Source: Minisyncoccota bacterium
GTDB lineage: Bacteria; Patescibacteriota; Minisyncoccia; SW-4-49-11
NCBI GenBank assembly: GCA_032117235.1
Contig: JAULZW010000001.1
Span: 10,762 to 74,761, forward strand
Direction of reading: 5' to 3'
DNA length: 64,000 nucleotides
Shown here: one piece after another, positions 9,131 to 19,962 of the stretch
How the letters are laid out: each line of letters opens with the position of its first letter
How positions within the stretch are numbered: the stretch's first letter is position 1
Position numbers and translations under genes: made by a program
The notes under the pieces: model-generated
Database searches by the model: none
Seen by the model: the letters and a program-made list of their open reading frames with translations, nothing else
Told to the model about the DNA's origin: nothing

Positions 9131-9658
9131 ACATTAAAACTCACTCTACAAAACCTACACGATGTATTATATTTTATACATACTATGGACCAAGATGAGA
9201 TATATATCTAGACAAAGGGAGTAGAAGAAATTACTGCTCTTTAGTGCTACACATAACATGAAAATAATAATAGGTATTGACAAAAGCGAGGGAATATGAT
9301 ATGGTCTATGTGATCTTTTGTGCTTTAATGATGAAGTCTCCTCACTCTCAACTGTGCCCTCAAGTATTTCAAGCTGTAAAGCTCATGTCCGAGGAAGAGA
9401 TATCCAGATCATGCAAGCAAGATGTTCGAACAGCTCTTTTTTGTATTCAGTACTATGCTGAGTATAGAGTCGCCGATAAAATAAATGCGTTTAATACTTT
9501 AAATGAACTAAATTTCCTTATATTACGGCTGCTGGTTCTCGAGGTACTTATGCCCGAGAACATAAAGCATATGGTGAGGAAGGAGAACCTTATCCTTGCT
9601 CTCAAGAATATAAAGCTGCTATTGCCCCTGCTCATCGAATAATTGTAATAAACTTCCA

Positions 9659-9690
9659 CCCGACCGTTTCGCGGCTCGGGTTTTTTATTT
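9659..9690 (+). terminator. Intrinsic terminator closing the 9.27-9.69 kb transcript unit.
   Basis: CCCGACCG-TTTCG-CGG(C)TCGGG stem followed by TTTTTTATTT. Confidence 0.7.
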
Positions 9691-9704
9691 CTTAAAAAAA
9701 CAAA

Positions 9705-9741
9705 ATAGCACTCTGTACAGATTACTGCTAATATTGTATAA
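9705..9741 (+). promoter_or_regulatory. CIRCE-like inverted repeat (ATAGCACTC-N9-TACTGCTAA) next to an extended -10 (TGTATAAT), upstream of dnaJ.
   Basis: Compared with the CIRCE consensus TTAGCACTC-N9-GAGTGCTAA, the left half matches 8 of 9, the spacer is 9 nt, and the right half matches 7 of 9. It sits about 40 bp upstream of the dnaJ ATG. Confidence 0.35.
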
Positions 9742-9773
9742 TATCTTGTATAAAACAATTAAATATAATTGCA

Positions 9774-10874
9774 ATGGCAAGGGATTATTATGAAATATTA
9801 GGGGTTTCCAAAGATGCGAGTGAGGCTGAAATCAAAAAAGCTTATCGTAAATTAGCTCATACTCATCATCCTGATAAAAAGGGTGGAGATGAGGCTAAGT
9901 TTAAGGAGGTAAATGAGGCTTATCAGACACTTAGTGATCCTCAAAAGCGTCAACAATATAATCAATTTGGATCCAATTATCAACAAGCTGGAGGGGGGGC
10001 AAGTGGATTCTCTGGTTTTGGTGGTGGCGCTCAGGGATTTTCTTTTGATGATGTTTTTGGGCAAGCAGGATTCTCTTTTGGTGGAGGAGGTTTTGAAGAT
10101 GTGTTCTCAGATGTATTCGGTGGAGGTAGAAGTGGTTCCAGAAGACAGACTAGAGGTAGAGATATTGAACTAGCTGTAGATATTAGTCTAGAAGAGTCCT
10201 ATACTGGTATTTCAAAGTCTATAGATTTAGATATTAATTCAACTTGTGATGCTTGTGATGGGACAGGAGCTCAGAATAAAAAAACCAAACAATGTCCAAC
10301 TTGTCGAGGTAATGGTTATGTGGAGCAACAAGTGAGAACTATGCTTGGTAATTTTAATCAGAGAGCTACTTGTAGTGCTTGTCAGGGCAAGGGTACAATT
10401 CCAGAATCTAATTGTAAAAGCTGTCAAGGAACAGGTGTCAAGAGACAAAAAAAGTCTATAAAAATCGAGATTCCAAAAGGTATTGCTAATGGGCAGACCC
10501 TAGAAATGCGAGGTGAGGGGGAGGCTGCTGCTTATGGTGGTACAAATGGAAATATTTATATTCATATCTCAGTCAAAACTCATAAAAAGTTTGAGAGACG
10601 AGGCGATGATATTTATTTAACTCAAGATATAGTCTATACGACAGCAGTATTAGGAGGTAATCTGGATATAGAGACTTTGGGCGGAGAATTGAATTTAAAA
10701 ATTCCTAAACAAACTCAGTCAGGAGAAATTTTCAGACTTCGTGAGAAAGGAATGCCCCATTTACAAGGTAGAGGCTATGGAGATATGTATGTGACGGTCA
10801 GAATTATTACTCCTAGAAATATTTCTCGACGTGCACAGCAATTATTAAAAGACTTGCAATCTGAAGGAATGTGA
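9774..10874 (+). CDS. dnaJ: Chaperone DnaJ.
   Basis: J-domain YYEILGV...HPDK, Gly/Phe-rich linker, and four CxxCxGxG zinc-finger repeats. Confidence 0.95.
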   Translation: MARDYYEILGVSKDASEAEIKKAYRKLAHTHHPDKKGGDEAKFKEVNEAYQTLSDPQKRQQYNQFGSNYQQAGGGASGFSGFGGGAQGFSFDDVFGQAGFSFGGGGFEDVFSDVFGGGRSGSRRQTRGRDIELAVDISLEESYTGISKSIDLDINSTCDACDGTGAQNKKTKQCPTCRGNGYVEQQVRTMLGNFNQRATCSACQGKGTIPESNCKSCQGTGVKRQKKSIKIEIPKGIANGQTLEMRGEGEAAAYGGTNGNIYIHISVKTHKKFERRGDDIYLTQDIVYTTAVLGGNLDIETLGGELNLKIPKQTQSGEIFRLREKGMPHLQGRGYGDMYVTVRIITPRNISRRAQQLLKDLQSEGM

Positions 10875-10906
10875 TATAATTATACATATGATTTAAATAT
10901 AAAAAT

Positions 10907-11428
10907 ATGGACACATTAGAACCTTTATTTGATAAAGTGACTTTCAGCTCAATCTCAGGAGACTTATTTATTAGTATAATCTTAGTTATTGGATTGTCTT
11001 TATACATCTATAAAAAAGGTGTTAAAGATATTTTTATACTAGCTATTTCTCTATATATTACCCAGGTTCTTTCTACTCTATATCCTTGGGAAATATCAAA
11101 AATTGGTAATTTACCAGGAGACGCAGTCCTGTTTTTAGTTTTAACTTTGATTACAAATTGGACATTACAAAGTTCAGCAATAGCCTCTAATCTTAGTATT
11201 GCTAAAAAACCATTATGGAAAAATTTAATATTCGGGGTCTCAGTGGTAGGTTTACTTCTTGTCAATCTTTTAAGTGTAATCAAAACTCAAGATAAGTCAA
11301 TTTTAAATGTAATCGAACAGTCTTTATTTAGGAAAGAATCTTTTCAAATTTTCTGGACTATTCTGCCAATTGTATTCTTTCCTTTTCTAAAACCTACAGC
11401 CAAAAAACCTAGCTCAAAATCAAAATGA
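10907..11428 (+). CDS. Hypothetical membrane protein, possibly CvpA-like.
   Basis: 173 aa with four hydrophobic helices and a basic C-terminus. Confidence 0.45.
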   Translation: MDTLEPLFDKVTFSSISGDLFISIILVIGLSLYIYKKGVKDIFILAISLYITQVLSTLYPWEISKIGNLPGDAVLFLVLTLITNWTLQSSAIASNLSIAKKPLWKNLIFGVSVVGLLLVNLLSVIKTQDKSILNVIEQSLFRKESFQIFWTILPIVFFPFLKPTAKKPSSKSK

Positions 11429-11877
11429 AATGCCCACAATGCTCACATATAGACACTCGTATTACTGATTCTAGGCTTTCACGGGATGATATGATAGTCA
11501 GACGGAGAAGAATTTGTGAGAAATGTAATTATCGTTTTACTACAGCTGAGACAAGAGAGGTCCTAGATGTAATGGTAGTCAAAAAATCAGGAATTAAAGA
11601 AAGATACAGCACAGAAAAATTATTAAAAGCAGTATCCATATCACTACACAAAAGACCTTTCACCCAAGATAAAATTAGAGACTTTATACTCAAAATTGAA
11701 GTGGATTTATTCAAAAAAGATCCTAAAGAAATCTCTACCAAACAAATTGGGGATACAGTTTTGAAGCACTTAAAAATGTTTGACGAAGTAGCATATATCC
11801 GATTTGCCTCTATTTATCGTGATTTTAGAACTATCAAAGGATTTAGACACGAAATTGATAAATTATTACAGGATTAA
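11425..11877 (+). CDS. nrdR: Transcriptional repressor NrdR.
   Basis: MKCPQCSHIDTRITDSRLSRDDMIVRRRRICEKCNYRFTTAE is the zinc-ribbon plus ATP-cone N-terminus of NrdR. Confidence 0.9.
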   Translation: MKCPQCSHIDTRITDSRLSRDDMIVRRRRICEKCNYRFTTAETREVLDVMVVKKSGIKERYSTEKLLKAVSISLHKRPFTQDKIRDFILKIEVDLFKKDPKEISTKQIGDTVLKHLKMFDEVAYIRFASIYRDFRTIKGFRHEIDKLLQD

Positions 11878-11881
11878 AAAT

Positions 11882-12628
11882 TTACATTTGATTATATAAT
11901 CTCAAAATAGTATTAGTATCATCATAAGCTACTAACTCACCCTTGTGTAGCAGAATGCATTTATTACAATGTTGTTGAATTTCATCCATATTATGGCTAA
12001 CAATAATAGCAGTTTTACCCATTCTTTTTAATTTTTGTAGTCGATTATTAACTTTAGTTTGAAAATTAGCATCAGTAGTAGCAGGAATTTCATCAAAAAG
12101 ATAAATATCAGCATTAATATTAAGAATTAGACCCAAAATAAGTCTGGTTTTCATACCAGTAGATAAGAATTTTATCTTTTGAGAAGTAAAGTCGTGTAAT
12201 TCTGAGAAATTGATAATATTATTATAAATTTTATTAATATCTTCTCTTGGCAATCCAACTTGTAAAGCCTTAACCAAAACTGCATCTTCAGCCCTTCCTT
12301 CGGGATGTAGTATTTCATCAGGTCCAAAGAAGGGCAAAACAGAGCCATCAACTTTGACACTACCTTGATCTGGATTATGAATACCAGCTAAAAGTTTCAA
12401 AAAAGTACTTTTCCCACTACCATTTTTACCAATAATACCAATCCACTCACCCTGATCAATATCCAGAGTAATATTTTTTAGTACAGGATTGGCTGTGGTC
12501 TTGAAAGACTGAAATCCATCCATCTGTCCACCAGAGCGATTATTGTTCTTACTCTGCAAGTTAAAATACTTGGACACACTATCTACCTGAATTAGTTTTT
12601 TTGTAGCCATATTAATTATTGTATACAA
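11882..12628 (-). CDS. ABC transporter ATP-binding protein (polysaccharide or teichoic-acid exporter type).
   Basis: Walker A GKNGSGKST, ABC signature LSTGMKTRL, and Walker B IYLFDE. Confidence 0.85.
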   Translation of the reverse strand: MYTIINMATKKLIQVDSVSKYFNLQSKNNNRSGGQMDGFQSFKTTANPVLKNITLDIDQGEWIGIIGKNGSGKSTFLKLLAGIHNPDQGSVKVDGSVLPFFGPDEILHPEGRAEDAVLVKALQVGLPREDINKIYNNIINFSELHDFTSQKIKFLSTGMKTRLILGLILNINADIYLFDEIPATTDANFQTKVNNRLQKLKRMGKTAIIVSHNMDEIQQHCNKCILLHKGELVAYDDTNTILRLYNQM

Positions 12629-12706
12629 TATTATATTTAGTATAAAGAAATTTTAATAAAAAAGCAAGGTAAAAAGAAGAACCTTATAATTAACGATAGT
12701 TAGTGT

Positions 12707-12952
12707 TTATAAAGGTAAAAAGAGAATTCCTAAAGCCATGATTAATAAAGATACAAAAATGGTGTCATTAAATCTATATAATAATGCAAAATATGCCCAA
12801 TGAATAAGGAATATTATGGGGGTTATAATAAAAGATGCGATTAAAATATCTTTTAAAATCCCTTCATTTAATAGTCCAAATATTCTTGACACAAAAAAGA
12901 CTAAAGTTGATATTATTGCACACAATTTAGGACTCTCAGTTATATCCAGCAC
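12707..12952 (-). CDS. Small hydrophobic ORF (GTG start), possibly a permease remnant upstream of the ABC ATPase.
   Basis: 81-aa ORF with two to three hydrophobic helices. No homology recognised. Confidence 0.25.
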   Translation of the reverse strand: MLDITESPKLCAIISTLVFFVSRIFGLLNEGILKDILIASFIITPIIFLIHWAYFALLYRFNDTIFVSLLIMALGILFLPL

Positions 12953-13053
12953 TCTTTATAATGCTGGAATAAAAAGTATTTTAATGAATAGCATATTAAA
13001 GATTATAATATAAAGTATTTTTATTTTGGTTTAACTTCATTGCTTCTTTTCTT

Positions 13054-13139
13054 TGGTGCCGAGGAGAGGACTCGAACCTCCACATCATTAAGATACATGC
13101 TCCTAAGGCATGCGTGTCTACCAATTCCACCACCTCGGC
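13054..13139 (-). tRNA. tRNA-Leu, anticodon TAG, class II. The CCA is encoded.
   Basis: Manual fold of the reverse complement. Acceptor GCCGAGG/CCTCGGC, anticodon stem-loop CATGC-CTTAGGA-GCATG, long variable arm, T-loop TTCGAGT. Confidence 0.88.
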
Positions 13140-13163
13140 TTATGAAATACATTGTACTATATA

Positions 13164-13192
13164 TTGACATTTTGTCAATTATGTGATATTAT
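13164..13192 (+). promoter_or_regulatory. Sigma-70-like promoter, TTGACA-N17-TATTAT, for the transglycosylase gene.
   Basis: A perfect -35, a 17-nt spacer and a 5-of-6 match at -10. The -35 lies inside a TTGACA-TTTT-GTCAA palindrome. Confidence 0.5.
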
Positions 13193-13283
13193 GTTTTCCA
13201 TCTCTCAAATATAAGACCCTTTTTATATTTGTCTACACTGTTTTTGACTGAAGTTTGAGAGAAGTTATCAGTTGTCCTAGTTA

Positions 13284-13844
13284 ATGGATATATTATATAT
13301 TGTGATGGCCTTAATTGTTGGAGTTACGGGAGTATTTCCAACAAACACTCAACCAGTTGTTGCAAGTTCATTTGATTTAGATTCAATCAACTCAGTTATA
13401 AATGGAGTTAATCCAGTTGAAACTATCATAACCCCTAAACCTGAGCCAGAAAAACCTAAACAAGTTCAGCCAAAACAAGTAACAGTACAAAGTAAAACTT
13501 CTTTCTATGCTTCAGTAGAAGCCGAGTTAAGCAATATCCCAGCACAAGGTTCATGTTATGATTATGTGCCTGAGATGGCTGCTAAATACTCAGTTGATGC
13601 TGATTTGATGACTAGAATTATCAAGGCAGAGTCTGGAGGTAATGCTCTGGCTAAGAATAAAAACTCTACTGCTTCTGGTTGTGGACAGTTTATTCGAGGA
13701 ACTTGGGCAGGAACTTTAAGACAAATGGGTCATGAATGGGTAACTCCGTTTGACGCCAAAACTAATGTTGAGGCTATGGCTTTCAAAATCTCTCGTGGAG
13801 GTATCGGAGCATGGAATGCCAGCAAGTCTAAGTGGTCTAAATAA
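13284..13844 (+). CDS. Lytic transglycosylase (SLT-domain) protein with an N-terminal membrane anchor or signal.
   Basis: ...IIKAESGGNALAKNKNSTASGCGQFIRGTW... matches the SLT catalytic-Glu motif (E-S...GxxQ). Confidence 0.6.
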   Translation: MDILYIVMALIVGVTGVFPTNTQPVVASSFDLDSINSVINGVNPVETIITPKPEPEKPKQVQPKQVTVQSKTSFYASVEAELSNIPAQGSCYDYVPEMAAKYSVDADLMTRIIKAESGGNALAKNKNSTASGCGQFIRGTWAGTLRQMGHEWVTPFDAKTNVEAMAFKISRGGIGAWNASKSKWSK

Positions 13845-13865
13845 TCTTTTATTTATCACTTCTAA

Positions 13866-13900
13866 AAACTCTCCTTATAATATATCTGGGGAGTTTTTAG
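13866..13900 (+). terminator. Intrinsic terminator after the transglycosylase gene.
   Basis: AAAAACTCTCC-loop-GGGGAGTTTTT hairpin followed by AGTTT. Confidence 0.55.
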
Positions 13901-13978
13901 TTTATGAATAGTTCTCTTGCAATATAGTTCAAGTTATGATATTATTATTAACAACTACTAAGGTAATATATTTAATTT

Positions 13979-14245
13979 ATGTTAAATTCAGATTCAAAAG
14001 GACAGATTATTAATAAATTCCAAATTCATGAAAATGATGATGGTTCAACATCTGTTCAAATTGCTCTAATTACAGAAAGAATCCTTTATTTGACCGAGCA
14101 TTTAAAAGTAAATCGCAAGGATTTTCACTCTAGAAAAGGTTTGATACATTTGGTTTCTCAGAGAAAAAAACTTTTAGCCTATCTTAAAAAGACAGACTTG
14201 AGTTTATTTGAAAAGACAGTTAAAGAGCTTGGTATTAGGGCTTAA
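13979..14245 (+). CDS. rpsO: 30S ribosomal protein S15.
   Basis: GSTSVQIALITERILYLTEHLKVNRKDFHSRKGLIHLVSQRKKLLAYLKK is the S15 signature. Confidence 0.9.
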   Translation: MLNSDSKGQIINKFQIHENDDGSTSVQIALITERILYLTEHLKVNRKDFHSRKGLIHLVSQRKKLLAYLKKTDLSLFEKTVKELGIRA

Positions 14246-14262
14246 AAAACACCTAACTTTAT

Positions 14263-16323
14263 ATGAACTTCAAAACATATCAAACACAAATAGCTGGACA
14301 AATACTAAAAATAGAAACAGGTAGGCTTGCTAATCAAGCCGATGGGTCTGTTCTTGTTTCTCTTGGAGAGACAACAGTGCTGGTAACTGTGGTAATGTCG
14401 GATAAACCGGTGGGTTCTAATTATCTGCCTCTTTTTGTCGACTATCAAGAAAAATTCTATGCTAATGGTAAAATTAAGGGCAGTCGTTTTGTAAAGCGCG
14501 AGGGGCGCCCTAGTGATGAGTCTATATTGACTGGGCGTCTGGTTGATCGTGCTATAAGACCTTTTTTTGACCAATCTATTCGCAATGAAATACAGGTTAT
14601 TGTAACAACATTATCTCTAGATGAAAGAAATGACCCAGATGCGGTAGCTTTGTTTGGGGCTTCTCTAGCCTTGTCTATATCAGATATTCCTTGGAATGGA
14701 CCGGTGGCAGCTTTGAGAGTAGCTTCGGTTAAGGGGGAAATTATTGTTAATCCATCCTTTGAACAAAGAGAAATGGGAGATTTTGATACTATTATTACAC
14801 TTAATGCTGATGAAAGATTAGTTATGATGGAGTTTGGAGGTAAGCAAATTCCTGAAGAGACTATACTAAAAGCTTTTGAAGTAGTAACCCCAGAAATTAA
14901 TAAAATAATAGAATTTCAAAACACTATTATTTCTGAAATGGGTAAGTCTAAAAGAAAGACTGTTGTTTCAGAATCTAATATCGAGATTGTAAGAGGTATA
15001 AAATCTTTGATTCAAGGAAGATTAGAGCCTGCATTATATGGAGATGCTTTTTCTACTAAACAGGCGCATCATATATTATTAACCGAACTCAATCAAGCTT
15101 ATCCAGATCACAGAGATTTAGTAGAGCATACTTTGGATCAAGAATTAAATTCTATATTTAAGCAAAATATTATTGAACAAGAAAAGCGCCCAGATGGAAG
15201 AGCTGTTGATGAGCTTAGAGAATTAAGTGGAGAAGTTGATATATTGCCTCGAGTACATGGATCGGGATTATTCAATCGTGGCAGTACACAAACTCTATCT
15301 GTTCTTACTTTGGGTTCTCCAGGAGAAGCTCAAATTATTGATGAAATGAAAGATGAAATCAAAAAGCGATTTATGCATCATTATAATTTTCCACCCTTTT
15401 CCGTAGGAGAGGTTAGGCAATTAAGAGGGCCTGGTAGAAGAGAAATTGGGCATGGAGCTTTAGCTGAAAAAGCTTTGGAAGGAGTTTTACCTCCGATATC
15501 TGAATTTCCTTATACAATTCGTATTGTAACTGAGGTATTGGGTTCCAATGGATCATCTTCTATGGCTAGTGTGTGTTCTTCAACTTTAGCTCTTTTAGTA
15601 GCAGGAGTTCCTATTATTGAACCTGTAGCTGGAATCGCTATGGGTATTGTAGAGCAGAATGGTAAATATAAGATTTTAACAGATATTCAAGGCCCAGAAG
15701 ATCATTTTGGTGAAATGGACTTTAAAGTTGCAGGAACGCGCAATGGAGTTAATGCAATACAAATGGATATTAAGGGTCAGGGAATGTCTATTGCTATGAT
15801 AAAAGAGGCTTTGGAAAAGGCTAAAATAGCTCGGCTTACTATTCTTGACACGATAAAGAATGTGATTGCAGAAGCTCGTACTCAGGTTTCAGAATATGCT
15901 CCTAAAATTAAATTCTTTATGATTAACCCCAAGAAAATTGGAGAAGTTATTGGAACAGGAGGTAAAATTATTAATGGAATTATTGATGAGACGGGGGTAA
16001 AAATTGATATAGAAGATGATGGCCAAGTATTTATAACTGGTCAGGATGTTGCTCAGGTTATCCGAGCCAAAGAATGGATAGAGGATTTAGTATATGAGCC
16101 AAAAGAAGGAGAAATATTTGAAGGAAAAGTAGTAAAAATTATGCCATTTGGAGCTTTTGTAAATATTAAGGCGGGTCTAGATGGTCTTATACATATTTCT
16201 GAAATTTCAGATAAACATATAAATAATGTAGAAGATGTGCTACAATTAAATCAAGTTATAAAAGTTAAAATTAAAAAAGTTGATGCAGATGGTAGAATAA
16301 CCTTAATACCTTATCTTGAATAA
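14263..16323 (+). CDS. pnp: Polyribonucleotide nucleotidyltransferase (PNPase).
   Basis: 686 aa with two RNase PH domains plus KH and S1 domains. Sits in the canonical rpsO-pnp arrangement. Confidence 0.95.
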   Translation: MNFKTYQTQIAGQILKIETGRLANQADGSVLVSLGETTVLVTVVMSDKPVGSNYLPLFVDYQEKFYANGKIKGSRFVKREGRPSDESILTGRLVDRAIRPFFDQSIRNEIQVIVTTLSLDERNDPDAVALFGASLALSISDIPWNGPVAALRVASVKGEIIVNPSFEQREMGDFDTIITLNADERLVMMEFGGKQIPEETILKAFEVVTPEINKIIEFQNTIISEMGKSKRKTVVSESNIEIVRGIKSLIQGRLEPALYGDAFSTKQAHHILLTELNQAYPDHRDLVEHTLDQELNSIFKQNIIEQEKRPDGRAVDELRELSGEVDILPRVHGSGLFNRGSTQTLSVLTLGSPGEAQIIDEMKDEIKKRFMHHYNFPPFSVGEVRQLRGPGRREIGHGALAEKALEGVLPPISEFPYTIRIVTEVLGSNGSSSMASVCSSTLALLVAGVPIIEPVAGIAMGIVEQNGKYKILTDIQGPEDHFGEMDFKVAGTRNGVNAIQMDIKGQGMSIAMIKEALEKAKIARLTILDTIKNVIAEARTQVSEYAPKIKFFMINPKKIGEVIGTGGKIINGIIDETGVKIDIEDDGQVFITGQDVAQVIRAKEWIEDLVYEPKEGEIFEGKVVKIMPFGAFVNIKAGLDGLIHISEISDKHINNVEDVLQLNQVIKVKIKKVDADGRITLIPYLE

Positions 16324-16349
16324 TTATTAAATATATAAATTATAAAACT

Positions 16350-17603
<1,254 letters not shown>

Positions 17604-17998
17604 TTGTGGATAACTTCTCTAGTATACAATTCCTTACTCTGATAAACTATATATAGTAAGGACAATAGAGTAATATTACAATCACAAGTATAAAATTTTA
17701 ATAAGGTTATATAAATACTTGTGATTGAATTCTTGCTCTAATCTTTACAATTATAAATACAAACTAATATAAAAATCGTTTAATTAAAATAAAAACAAAA
17801 TAATATTCACAAATAATGCACCTTTGGCAAAAATAAAAAGGCGTTAGCCAAAGATTAGATGAGAATATCTAGTTTCTGGCAATCTCGAAATATATAAAGA
17901 GTTTGTCAGAAACAGAGACAAATAAAGTACTCTTACCCCCCTTTACACTAACAGAGTTAAGAAGGAGAAGGAAGGGTATTTTATTTTTATATAAAGCT

Positions 17999-18027
17999 TT
18001 GACAAATTAAAATAATAAGAATATAAT
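17999..18027 (+). promoter_or_regulatory. Perfect consensus sigma-70 promoter, TTGACA-N17-TATAAT, driving the pilin gene.
   Basis: Exact hexamers with a 17-nt spacer. The -10 ends about 26 bp upstream of ATG 18053. Confidence 0.65.
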
Positions 18028-18052
18028 CAATCTATTACAATTAGAGATAAAT

Positions 18053-18472
18053 ATGAAAATAAAAAATAAAGGATTTACTTTGCTAGAGATACTCCTAGGA
18101 ATAACATTAATAGGAGTATTAGCATCAATAGCATTTACTCTGATTAATCCTAATCTACGTCTAGCACAAAGTCGAGATCTAAATAGACAAAAAGACATAA
18201 CAGATATACAGCAAGCCTTAGAATTATATGCTACTAGGAACTCTGGAGATTATCCTGCTGGAATAGTTTTGGGATCGTATAAGGAAATATGTGGTCAAGT
18301 TATCAGCTCAGAATGTGTTGACTTAGGTACTTTGATTCCTCAATATCTTTCATATGTACCAAAAGATCCTAGTGGAAATAACTATAAAATTGGAATTAAT
18401 CCAAATAATAAGATAATTAGTATTTGGGCTGCAAAAGCAGAGAGTAGAGAAGTGTCTATAAATATTTTTTGA
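18053..18472 (+). CDS. Type IV pilin or pseudopilin (prepilin-type N-terminal cleavage and methylation domain).
   Basis: MKIKNKGFTLLEILLGITLIGVLASIAF gives the G|FTLLE motif followed by a hydrophobic helix. Confidence 0.75.
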   Translation: MKIKNKGFTLLEILLGITLIGVLASIAFTLINPNLRLAQSRDLNRQKDITDIQQALELYATRNSGDYPAGIVLGSYKEICGQVISSECVDLGTLIPQYLSYVPKDPSGNNYKIGINPNNKIISIWAAKAESREVSINIF

Positions 18473-18671
18473 TCAATAGGCCGTAGTATAAAATATATCC
18501 GTAGCCTGAAATAAAATATACACATTTATACCAAATATATTTTCTAATTCTTTTTTAAATAAAGTTAAAACACTCCTATACTATAACAGGTCTACCTGTA
18601 ACCATAATCAGCCTCTACTTTTTGCTAATCTGTTATTATACTTGCAACACAAAATAATGCTGTACATACTA

Positions 18672-18700
18672 TTGACAAAATAATATAAAGGTAATATAAT
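18672..18700 (+). promoter_or_regulatory. Perfect consensus sigma-70 promoter, TTGACA-N17-TATAAT, upstream of the infA ribosomal-protein operon.
   Basis: Exact hexamers with a 17-nt spacer. Confidence 0.65.
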
Positions 18701-18735
18701 TAAAGGTATATTATTTATATAGAGTTGTATAACTT

Positions 18736-18969
18736 ATGCCCGAAAGTCAAGATTTGAACTCAAAAAACCTCCTAATCCAAGAAGGAACAGTCAGTGAAGT
18801 CTTGCCAAACACCAGCTTTCGTGTTATATTAGAAAACAAGTCAGAAGTTTTAGCTCATCTATCTGGTAAAATGCGTATGCATTATATTAAGGTCTTGCCA
18901 GGAGATAAGGTGACAGTTGAGTTGAGTGCTTATAACTTAACTCAGGGTAGAATTACTAGGAGAAATTAA
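18736..18969 (+). CDS. infA: Translation initiation factor IF-1.
   Basis: [61 protein letters not shown]. Confidence 0.9.
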   Translation: MPESQDLNSKNLLIQEGTVSEVLPNTSFRVILENKSEVLAHLSGKMRMHYIKVLPGDKVTVELSAYNLTQGRITRRN

Positions 18970-18977
18970 GATACTAT

Positions 18978-19094
18978 ATGAAAGTTCAAGCTTCAGTTAA
19001 GAAAAGATGTAATAAGTGTAAGGTTATTAAGCGAAAGAGAGTAATTCGTGTTATTTGTGAGGCCAGTCCGCGCCACAAGCAAAGACAAGGATAA
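18978..19094 (+). CDS. rpmJ: 50S ribosomal protein L36. Not in the ORF track because it is short.
   Basis: Translates as [38 protein letters not shown], 38 aa. Confidence 0.85.
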   Translation: MKVQASVKKRCNKCKVIKRKRVIRVICEASPRHKQRQG

Positions 19095-19112
19095 TATAAG
19101 ATATATTAAATT

Positions 19113-19496
19113 ATGGTAAGAATTGCAGGAGTTGTCATTCCAGATTATAAAAACGTTGAAATAGCTTTGACTTATATTTATGGTGTTGGGCTTACTCGTT
19201 CTAAAAAAGTATTGGCTATGACAGGAGTTGATCCTTATAAAAAAGCTAAGGAGTTAGATGAAAAAGAAGTAGCTTTATTAAAAGAATGTATTGAGAAAAA
19301 CTATAAAATTGAAGGAGATCTTCGACGAGAGGTAGCTAATAACATAAAGAGACTAAAAGACATTAATTCATATAGAGGAAGTCGACATACAAAAAAACTA
19401 CCTATAAAAGGTAGAACCAAGACTAACTCTAGGACTATCAGAGGTAATGTAGTTCGTACCATGGGAAGTGGACGAAGAAAAGTTGAGAAGACATAA
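19113..19496 (+). CDS. rpsM: 30S ribosomal protein S13.
   Basis: MVRIAGVVIPDYKNVEIALTYIYGVGLTRSKKVL. Confidence 0.95.
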   Translation: MVRIAGVVIPDYKNVEIALTYIYGVGLTRSKKVLAMTGVDPYKKAKELDEKEVALLKECIEKNYKIEGDLRREVANNIKRLKDINSYRGSRHTKKLPIKGRTKTNSRTIRGNVVRTMGSGRRKVEKT

Positions 19497-19515
19497 TTAT
19501 TAAGTAGTTTTTTAT

Positions 19516-19944
19516 ATGGGAAAGAAGCGTGTAGCACAAAAAGGAGATTCAGTATCTTCATTAAAAATGGGAGTGAAAGAAACGTCTTCGAAGAAAAAAG
19601 TTTCTCGAGGTACTGCTTATATTGTTTCAACTTACAATAATACAATGGTTTCTCTAGCAGATTTGTCTGGTAACATTTTAGCATGGTCATCCTCGGGTAC
19701 TCTTGGATTTAAGGGTGCCAAGAAAGCCACCCCTTATGCTGCTACTATGGTGGCTAAAACGGTGGTAGAGAAGGTTAAAAAAACCGGATTACAGGACATT
19801 AAAGTTGTTGTAAAGGGTGTGGGACCAGGTAGAGAGGCGTCCATTAGAGGTTTAGCTGGATCTGGTCTTAACATTATGTCTATTAAGGATTTAACCCCTG
19901 TACCACATAATGGGGTTCGTCCTCGTAAACCAAGAAGAGTATAA
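19516..19944 (+). CDS. rpsK: 30S ribosomal protein S11.
   Basis: GTAYIVSTYNNTMVSLADLSGNILAWSSSGTLGFKGAKKATPYAA. Confidence 0.95.
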   Translation: MGKKRVAQKGDSVSSLKMGVKETSSKKKVSRGTAYIVSTYNNTMVSLADLSGNILAWSSSGTLGFKGAKKATPYAATMVAKTVVEKVKKTGLQDIKVVVKGVGPGREASIRGLAGSGLNIMSIKDLTPVPHNGVRPRKPRRV

Positions 19945-19962
19945 TAGATTTTATAAGAGAAT

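Noticed and set aside
9277-9642. 121-aa Cys-rich ORF considered as a CDS, or the region as tmRNA.
   Set aside because: There is no tRNA-like acceptor/T-arm at the ends, so not tmRNA. The ORF has atypical composition and an equally long antisense ORF. It is kept as an unassigned transcription unit in the findings rather than annotated.
18473-18735. Direct repeat CCGTAG...CCGTAG and a short hairpin (ACAGGT-CTA-CCTGT) after the pilin gene, considered as a terminator or riboswitch.
   Set aside because: The stems are short and not followed by a T-run. No recognisable riboswitch core. Insufficient evidence.
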